Shown: piece after piece, positions 23,242 to 32,499 of the stretch
How positions within the stretch are numbered: position 1 is the stretch's first letter
Layout of the letters: each line of letters opens with the position of its first letter
Source: Raillietiella orientalis
Taxonomy: Eukaryota
Direction of reading: 5' to 3'
NCBI GenBank assembly: GCA_036172245.1
Contig: JAYWIR010000043.1
Span: forward strand, 1,798,001 to 1,835,234
DNA length: 37,234 nt
Translations under genes and position numbers: made by a program
Notes under the pieces: model-generated
Seen by the model: only the letters and a program-made list of their open reading frames with translations
Told to the model about the DNA's origin: nothing
The model's database searches: none

Positions 23242-25182
23242 ATGTCCACGGAGACCGTGCAGCAGAAGATGGATGTAGGGGCTCCTGCAGGCAATAAAGA
23301 CTCCACTCCGGATGCCCGGTCCGCCTCTGATTCTTGTGTCTCGCCACCGGCGAGAAGCTTCGTCGTCGTCGTCAATGCGGGGGCAGCCAGCGGAGCACCG
23401 TCCGACGAAGCGGAGCTGCAGGCATATGCAGCCCATGGCCACAAGCCTGCTCTCTGCTTTCCGGTTAGTGCTGCTATCTCCGACGGGGTCGGAGATATTC
23501 TGTGAGATGAGCTTTTGCACGTCAGAGTCCGGCAGGACGACCTCCTGACCATCTTGCCGGTTAACGCGCTCGTACAATGGAAGGTGCCCTGCAAAGAAAC
23601 ATCCCTAGTCCAGCGCCTTCTCCGCACCCCGCTTAACATACGCGAGAAGGCGGTCGTCCCTTCGGCCATGGACCAAGCGTTCGTGGTCCGATTCTTCGCC
23701 GTCCAGGTGGACACGCCCGATCGCGTGCTCGTCGCTGCTCTTAGTGCATTCGCCACGGTGCACGCGCTGTAGAGAGCAGACAATCCGATCAAAAGGATTG
23801 CATCTCTTTACAGCGGACTTGCCATGGCGCGTGTCACCATGGCGGATAGGAGGCAAATGCCTCCGCACTTGTAGGTGGGCGATGCGATCGTCCACCTTAA
23901 ATTTGCCGGTCAGCGACCGGCTTGCGGCATTTGCGGTGCAGAGGGCCACCGTCCGTGGAAGTGCCCTTCTCGAACTGCCGCTATTGTAAACAGCTTGGCC
24001 ACTCCATTAAAGAGTGCGCCGAGCTGAAGATAAAACGGCAGGCGAAAAGCCGCCAGCAATCGACCCCGTCCGCGCCGAAAAGCTCCCCCGTTTTGCCACG
24101 GGAGAAATCGGGCGCAAAGGGCGGGTCTTCATCGAGTGGCGGTCCCGCGAAAAAGGGCGGGGTTGCTCCTGGGAAGCCACCATCCCAGACAGCTGCGCAG
24201 ACGGGAAAGAAGCTACGTCGCCCTGGGGGCAAATCGCCCCCTTCGAAGCAGCCCAAGAGTGCTGACACGCACTTAAGAAAGGCTGCTGGACTGCCTGCGT
24301 TCGTTTCCGGGTCTAGCGGAACACCCGCGGAACCGTGCGAGGGCACGCCAGGGACTGCCTCTGAATGGCCGTCCTTCTCAAAGGCCGCGGAGAGCACGCC
24401 TACCTCGGCGAAGGCACAGGTAGCGAAGGCTGCAATAGCGCATGGCGCGACGGCGGCAATAACCTCCGTTTCACCAGTACCGGCGAAGAAGCAGGTGCAG
24501 CGCGTAACGGGGACGAAGCCATCTCCCGTCGCGAGCGCGCAACCTGCGCCGGCATCTCCGGACAAACAATTCAGGGAGGTGTCGGCATCCAGGAGGGCAT
24601 CCCTGACGCGGGCTGGACTCGCGTCTCCAGTGCGCCCACAAAGGGGAAGAAGAAGGTTGACCCTTCAATATTCCCATCCTTAAGGTAGGTGGGAGACAGA
24701 AGCGAAGCACTCCGAAGAAGGTGCGTACCCAGGTACGCACTACGGTTGCGTACTCTGTCTCTGTCGCTTCGCGCGAAAGGGAGGCTGTAAAAGCCAAAGC
24801 TCCAGAAGCTGCGTTGGCGACTGCGGCAACTCCCGCGCGGGCAGGGCAAGCCTCCACCTGCCGAAACAAAAAGAGACTGGCAAAACGCCAGTCTCGTGCC
24901 AGGCACTAGGACTTCGAGGTGGATTGCGAGTGCTAACAAATGGAGTGCGCATCCCGAGGTAAACCGGTAGCGCGCCGGGCTAAAGTGTGAAAGCACGAGC
25001 CTGTTGCCGGAGGCGGTTCCGGCTCCTGCACGTAGCCCGTGGCGCTGATCCTCGGCTCCCAGGACTAGTCTGGGTGCGATGTGGCGGCGAACGGGAGCGA
25101 TTCCGTTTCCCAATCCGCTCTCCTACCAGCTGACTTCTCGTCGGACTGGGCGAGGAGCACGCCGTCATGTCCGCAGCAGTAA
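23242..25182 (+). pseudogene. ORF1 of copy C (CCHC knuckles, Pro/Ala/Lys-rich C-terminal region)
   Basis: MSTETVQQKMDVGAP..AELQAYAAHGHKPAL, LSAFATVHAL, CGICGAEGH and CRYCKQLGHSIKEC. Several stops and frameshifts. Confidence 0.85.
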
Positions 25183-28100
25183 TGCGTGGACTGGCGTCCG
25201 CTCGTCGCGTCAGCGTGGCCTGTTGGAACGTCAACGGGCTGCGTGATGCTGACAAAAGGCTGACGGTAGCCAAAGCTTTGCGTGCGTTCGAACTGGTGAT
25301 GCTGCAGGAGATACATAGCATCTCCGAACGCTCTCAAGTGGTCCGAATCGATTGACCTGGTCGTTACGAACATCAATGCGCCGAGCGGCGGCCGGCATTA
25401 CGCCCAGCGACTCGCATTCCTGGGTGGCCTGCGAAGCCGCTGGCTCGCCGACTCCGGCCCCAACGTGGCGCACCTCCTTGCAGGAGACTTCAACGTCCAC
25501 CTGCTAACAGTGGAAAGATGCCGCTTGAGAGAGAAGCAACTGGTGAGCGAGGTATGCGCGTCCGTGCGCGTGCAAAACTCGCTTGCTGGTGAGCCCGAGA
25601 TGGAGAGATCGCCGGACCATGCGTTCCTCGAAGAACACCTGCTCTCACGAGTAAGTCGGAGAGGGCGCCTGCTGTCGGAGATTTCGGATCATCTGAGACT
25701 GGATTTCGAGCTCCTCCCGCCTGGCAAAGTGCCTCCGATGAATGTCTGGAGGTTGTCGGCCGACTGGCTTAGCAATTCGGAGGCGGGGGAGCATCTTCGC
25801 CAGCACCTCCGGGGCTTCGTCATCCGTGAACTCGAGGACTGGAACGATCTGAAAAGATCGGTCCGCGAGTTCTGCTTCCGGTTTCCCTTGCACCTGCTTC
25901 CACGCGGCTTTGGGGAGGGTGTCGCGTAGAGCAGATCTTTCTGCAGGCGCGTACCTTCTCCCGATGCCCGGACGTCCGGCGTCTGGCGGTGTACAAGGCC
26001 AGGGCCGAGCGCCAGGTTTGTCAGTCTGAAGCAGCTTATCTGCTCGATGACGTTGGCCACGTATGCTCGGCTGCATCCGACGTACACCGCGTTGTAAATC
26101 GCTACTACTCCTCGTCGTACGCAAAGCAGCCCACGGAACGCAGTCTCTTTTAGAAGCTTCTTACGACGGGTAGCCCTGCAATCGACGAGGAGGAACGCGC
26201 CAGACTGGATTGGACCTTCACGGCGGGAGAAGTATCTTCCGCCGTAGCGGGCCTGAAGAGGCCTGAGGCGCCTGGGAAGGATGGCCTGCCCGCGGAGTTC
26301 TTTCAGTGCTTCGCAGAGGAGCTCGTCCACCAGGTGCTGAGCCTTTATGCGCTGATGCGGCAAAAGGGGGATGTTCCCGCTTCTTTCCGCTCACAAAAGG
26401 TGCGGCTCCTGACGGAAGGCGGGTATTTGTGCCACCTCAACAACTGGCGTTCGATCACCTAAGTGAATTCGGACGTCAAGTTGTTCTCCAAACATTGGGT
26501 CGAGAGGCTGGGGAGAATCGCAGAGTCCTTGATAAGTCCGGAGCAGACGTATGATGTTCCCGGGAGGTCCATGGACGCGAATCTTTTCTTCGCACGAACA
26601 TGGTTTGATTTGCAGCAGTGCATTTTGCAGCGGAGCCAGGCAGCCGAAATTGTTGCTGCCAAGGGCAAGCGGCGGTGTTCAAGGCACGAAGGAACGCCGG
26701 TGGCCTTAGCGGTCAACGTCGATCTCCACAAAGCGCTCGACAGCGTGAACCAGGACCTCCTTCTGGAGCTTCTGGGACGCCTAGGCCTCCCGACGCAACT
26801 CATCGCCTACTTGCGCTCCTCCTGGCGCCACGCGTTAAGCTGTATGTCTTTCAGCGGGAACCCCGTGTGTAGCGTTCCCATACGGCAGGGTATCAGGCAG
26901 GAGACAGCTTAAGCTGCCTGCTCTTCAGCATCTTCTTTGAGTTGGTGATGAGGGCGTACAGGCTGACGCTGGCCAACGTGCCGATCTCCTGTCCGGGAAC
27001 TCCGGCCGTGGCCGCCTATGCTGACGACCCTTTCCTGCTGCTGCCTATGTACACCCCGGCGTCCAGGCTCGAGGACTTCTTCGAGCTCATTCGTCGGGGA
27101 GCAAGCCTGAGCGTCAACAGGAGGAAATCAACCGTTGCACCGGTTAGCTCTACGTGAGAGGGGCAGTCCAACTGGATCCGCCTAGGGATCCCACGGGCAG
27201 GTGCTTTAAGTACCTTGGCGTTCCGTTGGGCGCCTTCTGTCCATCAGAAGTGTGGTCGGACTTCCTTCACAAGGCCTAGACCGCTGTGGGCCCGTTCCAA
27301 GGCGGCAGGTTCCTCCTGTCGGAACGGGCCTTCGTGTGGAACATTTTCCTTGCCCCTCTGCTCCGTCCACTCTTATTTGTTTGCCCCTCTCCCTACTCGG
27401 CTAAGCGTCGGGCGCAACGCCTGTTGCGAAACGCCTTGTGAGGACCGGCGAGGTACAGGTTACACCTGAAGGAATTGACGGCTCCTCGGCGGGATGCAGG
27501 ATTGGGCATCCTGACGCTGGAGCGCATCGGAAGGCTAGTGCAGTTCCGCAAGTTGGCCCTTTGCCCCCAGCTTTGGACTACTCCCTGGTGCTCTCCAGCT
27601 CGGTTGCCGCTGCGGCGCTGCACGGGTGACGACGGACTGCTTTCGTTGCACCTGCGCACGGAGTTCGCCCAGTGAGGATTCGGCTTACCACTGAAGCAGC
27701 TCTGCTCGCTTCTGGGAAAGCATACGTGGATCTCCTGCCGGACGACGAACTTCAAATCCTGAAGGCAGGAAGCCTTATCGTCCTGGGCAGCGCAACAGGA
27801 TGTGTCCTGTTTCGAACACCGTTGCGCGAATCTTTCCCCACTCAGTACATTGGGGGAGGTGCTTGAAGACCAGGACCAGTGGACGTGACCAGCCGCTACG
27901 CCACTCGCCGAAGCACTTTCTGCACTGATGGTGCGAGACGACAGTGACCTACCGGCGAGGTGTGAGGTCGCTTGCGAAATCGCAGGCGATACCCTACTGC
28001 TGTGCTGCTGGAGGGTTTGCGAGCTGGCAGACACTGCCATCCCTCGCTTTCGTGCCAAGGGACTTCTCCATTGGAGCGAGCTCCTTGGGGTTCTTACCGA

Positions 28101-28590
28101 AGAACTTGTGGTCTCTTCTGCGTGCTTGTACGCGACTGTGTTCCCCTTTCGATGGAAACAGGAAGCTTTTCTGCTGGTGCATTGGGATCTTTACTGCAAC
28201 CAGCGCGCGCACCTGGTTTCCTGGGGAGTTACGTCCCCGAACTGTGCAACATGTGGAGCGGTGAAATCGCTTCCGCATTTGCTATTTGAATGCGCTGCCC
28301 TCCAGGAGCTGTGGCGGTGGCTGTCTTCAGCGCTCCTGCACCCCGGACACACCGCAAAAGACTGGATGCGCCGCTTCTTCACGCGTGGTGGTCTTCTTCT
28401 TAGAGCGGTCGTAGCAATCGTTTGCTGCGTCCGCGCCATTGTCAGAGCCTGCCAAGTATTGCAGATGCGAGCGGTCCCAACATCGGTCCCCAACACTGTA
28501 GCCTGCAACCTGCAAATGGCTGCCGGGTGACCACATCTTGGAGCAGAAGTGAGGAAGGAGATCTGCAGCATTCACCTCCGGTTCTGAGAA
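25182..28590 (+). pseudogene. ORF2 of copy C: APE endonuclease, reverse transcriptase, C-terminal finger
   Basis: VACWNVNGL, LQE, GDFN, SDH, RAPGKDGLPAEFF, DLHKALDSV, GIRQ, YADD at 27017-27028, HWDLYCN..CATC..HLLFEC. Confidence 0.92.
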
Positions 28591-28735
28591 TAGGAACGGC
28601 AAAACTGCATTCTCCTGTCCCCGCCTTTCCTGCAATTTATTTATTTATTGTTCCCCCCTCTTGTCCCGTTCTGAACCCTCATTGTGCCCGGGCTGCGTGC
28701 TGGGAACCCCACTCCCCATCTACTGTTCCCCTTAC

Positions 28736-28754
28736 CTGGGAACACAGTTCCCAG
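28736..28754 (+). other. 3' UTR stem-loop CTGGGAAC-ACA-GTTCCCAG
   Basis: Perfect 8-bp inverted repeat 36 nt before the terminal AATAAA. Counterparts at 791-805 (minus strand) and 22310-22328. Confidence 0.65.
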
Positions 28755-28795
28755 AAGATATTATTAATAAATGTCCCGGAGCAACCGTGTAATAA

Positions 28796-28807
28796 ACGAT
28801 GACGCTG
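28796..28807 (+). repeat. Right target-site duplication of copy C (ACGATGACGCTG)
   Basis: Identical to 23147-23158. Confidence 0.9.
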
Positions 28808-30000
28808 CATTTTTTGAAATTGTCGCTAACCTGCTGCTTTTTTTTTTGGTAGGTGAGCTTTTTTTAAATTCGTCGTTTTTTCTTCGACTTTCACTTTTTC
28901 GCTGTTGCTTCTTGCCATTCAGGCACCTGATTGCTTTCGTCGATCTTTTCGGCATTCGTTGCCGGGGTGTCGGCTGCGGCCTGGGCCATGGGCGTGGGTG
29001 GCACTGCTTGAGCGGCAGCCTTCGCCGCCAGCCTTTTCTGTAGCAGCCGGGCGCGTTTGTTTAGGTTGCTCGCGGAAACCACGCGCACAGCGGATTGTGG
29101 TCACACTTCCCTCGTGTGGCCCATTGTCCCGCATACCTGGCACTGTACGTTGGGGCACCTCCTTTTGAGGTGTCCCGACGTGTTGCAGAAGCCACAGTAT
29201 TTGGGCTTCCCCACGTACCAGAGGTCGACGATTTCTCCGCCGACCACCAGTTTCTGGGGAAAGGTAGAGCCCTCCCGGACGGTTACACATGCAGCCGTGA
29301 GGCCACATTGAACTGTAGTATAGTCCTTGAAAGAACTAGGCTTGGTCCACACTGCATGGACCGTGCCTTCTTGTGTCAACGCGGCACGTAGTTGTTCTTT
29401 CCGCATCCGCGCGGTTACTCCTAAAAGGTGGACCACCATACTGTGGTCCGCCGTAATGGGAAGTAGCCTGAGTATCCCCATCACCACGGGGATTTTGAGG
29501 AGACGTTAGGCCAGATCTGCGTGTTTGCAGATCACCTCAAAGTACTTCCCCTCGCTACGAATACTCATAGCGCAGAGCTCCTCCTCTTTAACATCGAAAG
29601 CGCGCATCCCCTTCGAAAACACGCGCGCACTCTCAGAAGAATACAAATTGCCAACCTTTTAGAAAAGCAATGGGTGATACCCCTCTTCCACATAGGCAGA
29701 TAATTCCGCCGCGGCTGCAGATGGTGGCGCCGACACGACGGCGCTTTACGCCCGCGCTGCAGCGGGGACCGGTTGTGTGGGGGTGGATGCTTCCACCTCC
29801 TTCGCCACTGAAGGCGGCGTTGCCGCCGCCACCTGGCACTCCATTCTCTCAGGAGGCGACGTTGTCGCCGCCCCCTGACGCGCACTGGTGGTCGTGTCAA
29901 GCATTGCTGCCTGATCGACCACCACCACACACGAAGCCCACACTTAGGGACGGTTCCTGGTACGAAAAGCACTGAGGAAACACGTCCGCTCAAACCGGCG
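28796..30000 (-). mobile_element. Copy D, proximal part: 5' UTR and ORF1 N-terminal portion
   Basis: 5' motif GAGCGGACGTGTTT at 29991-29978 and ATG at 29904. EGTVHAVWTKP..WYVGKPKYCGFCNTSGHLKRRCPNVQCQVCGTMGH. Confidence 0.9.
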
Positions 30001-30632
30001 TAAAGCACTCGACAGCGTCGACCAGAAGCTCCTGCTGGAGCTTCTGGAACGCTTGGGGTACGCAGGCTTCAATTTTGTCCTATCTGTACTCCAGCTGGCG
30101 CAACGCGTTAATCAGTCCTTCTTTCAGCAGGCAGACCGTGAATGGCGTGCCGGTGCGACGCGGCATACGGCAGGGAGGCAGCCTGAGCCCCCTGCTCTTT
30201 AGCGTCTTTTTCGAATTGGCTCTGAGAGCGTACAGGGAAACTCTGGCGCACCTGCCGCGCGATTGTCCCGGTACGCCTGCGGTTTCAGAGTACGCGGACG
30301 GCCTTCTGCTGCTGCTCCCTATGTTCACCCCGGCTTCGGCGGTCGAGGAGTTCTTCGACCTGCTGCATCGGGGAACCGAACTTACGGTGAACAGGGAGAA
30401 GTCGTCCGTAATGCCAGTTGGTGTGGCGTGGGCAGGGCAGCAGGACTGGTTCCGTTTGATGATCCCCACGGTGAGGTGCTTAAAGTACCTTCGTGTGCCG
30501 TTGGGGGACTACTCCCATGCGGAAGCTTGGTCCGGCTGCCTCCAGAAAGCAGAGACGGCGATAGGCCCGTTCCGAGGCGGCAGGTTTCTCCTGCCTGAAC
30601 GGGCCGCGGTTTGGAACACGTTCTTTCTTTGC
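30001..30632 (+). mobile_element. RT core fragment (copy R), truncated on both sides
   Basis: KALDSVDQKLLLELL..GVPVRRGIRQGGSLSPLLF..YADG..KYLRVPLGDY..PERAAVWNTF, followed by an abrupt change to AT-rich sequence. Confidence 0.9.
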
Positions 30633-32499
30633 TTCTAGGAGAAGATTGCACATGAAGATGGATGTATGATATCCATGAAGGACATTCTGCACTTAGCCAA
30701 CGTGTAGATATCCTCATTATCCGTCGCAGAAGGCCAGGATGAGCGATCACAAAACTGCATAAGTAATATTGATTTTTCCTTGGAAACCCTGGATATCGCG
30801 AAGATAGCAAGCGACAGGGTTTCCCCAGAAGATAAAAGGTAGTCTGCAGCATAGTAAGTGAACGATAATCCTTGTTTGGTGAGAAACATGATTGCCAAAT
30901 CTAGCTGCTATTTCGTGTGTTTTGAACAAAGTGTAGATACGACAGATCGGACTCAGATGATTCTTTCTGCAACATTTGTTTTCAAAAATAAATTTCTTAT
31001 ATCCGTCGAAAGTTTAATGAAAGCATTTTATTTCTACATTTCACCCTGTCTCTTAATGCTCAAGTCACGAATTAAGGATTGTTATTGTATATTTATCCAG
31101 CAGTAACAAAACATCACCTAAAAAAATCCAAACTAATGTGCAGAACGTTTTTATTCTCAAAAGCGCATTATCCGAAAAGATCTTCAGAGGTACTGTGGAG
31201 AACCTTCTGATCAATCAGGTGGAGTTCTGACTGTAACTGTGAAACGGCTTCCTCTAAGAGAGGACCACTCACACCTCAGCGAGCTCGGAACAACTCCAGG
31301 ATTTAGCCCAGGCAGCAGCCTTAAGCATATTTAAACATAAACACGAAATTCGAAAATGTAAAACAAGGAATGGACAAATTAAGCAATTGTTCATAAACAC
31401 AGTCACTCAGAATTGCGTTTTTTTGATATTGAGAACCTCTGAAAAACCGTAAATCCGAAAACATAAAAAAAATACCGGAAACTTGAAAAAAAAAATTCAG
31501 AAAGCATACTAAGGTTAAACAAACGATATAGGGAGTTACGAAAACACAAGGACGTCCAAAAATTCCCGAGAATACAAAGGAAAAAAAACCAGCTCCGAAT
31601 ACACTGACAATCATAAAGCTTTTTCACGAGAGCTAGAAACTATAGAAAAACGGACGAAAATCAACACTCAACCTTTCACAACTAGCGCCATTGTAAAAAC
31701 ATGCAATCAGAACAAGTAGCACATACCTCCAAGTTGCACCTCCTCCTAATACCAGATAACAGTTCCCACTGAATTGCGTTAAAAAAAAACTAACTGCCAT
31801 AGTAGATTGGCGGTGCAACAACTGAAATGCTGATAAGATCAGAGACTATGAGAAATCAGCTTACAAATAGAGACACAGAGCAAAGGCCACGACCTAACGT
31901 GGAACGTGAATTAGTCAACGAAATCTCGCATACTCCTGCATGGTTGGTAAAAAAAGGAACACAAGGTCCAAGTAGATTTTTGAAGCCCATCACATTTGTG
32001 AAAACTCTATCATAAGTCACAGTAGAATTTCCATTCCGAGAAAAATCAGAACCACTCTGGATATAACATAAAGATCCAGGAATCACCTACGAAACACAAG
32101 CACTGAGTGAATGAATAACGCATGCAAAACGGCAAATGAACACAATGAATTAAGCAGAAATGAGCAAGCAGTTTGCGCAAAGTGAGGCCAGAGCATTCTA
32201 GAGCATAGCAAAGCTTGATGGCACGGCGAAAAGTCGACGAATCTTAGTCAAGAGCACTTCCACGAGCCACACGGATCCACAAAGGATCACGTGATATTTC
32301 AGTTGAGCGCCTTCCATGCAAGTGGAAACATCCGATGGGCATTCCATCGGGAACCTCATCGGACATAAGAAGCACGAAAACATTCGGTGAACGACGTCGA
32401 AATTCGCAGAAAACGACGGGAAAAACAATCCGGATGCGTGCATTTGAAAGTGACAACAGAGGAAAGCAATGTGCCATAGAATGCATGGAAACTTAAAAG

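Larger units (their letters stand above)
23159..28795 (+). mobile_element. Full-length (about 5.6 kb) L1/Tx1-like non-LTR retrotransposon, inactivated (copy C)
   Basis: 5' motif, ORF1, TAATG, ORF2 (APE-RT-finger), 3' UTR with hairpin and AATAAA, all flanked by a 12-bp TSD. Confidence 0.93.

Noticed and set aside
13811..28590. Prokaryotic RT system (group II intron, retron, DGR) or CRISPR array
   Set aside because: The APE endonuclease, CCHC gag-like ORF1, AATAAA ends and TSD identify eukaryotic non-LTR elements. No regularly spaced repeat-spacer array or template/variable repeat pair is present.
12501..30632. Twin-priming 5' inversions as the cause of inverted ORF1/APE blocks next to RT blocks
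   Set aside because: The overlapping parts of MB and Q come from different lineages, so they were not copied from one RNA. Copy C is complete and has a TSD inside a minus-strand host. Simple nesting explains these junctions.
31100..32200. A-rich tract with PAWLVKK resembling a retroelement RT start
   Set aside because: A single short motif with no supporting neighbours.
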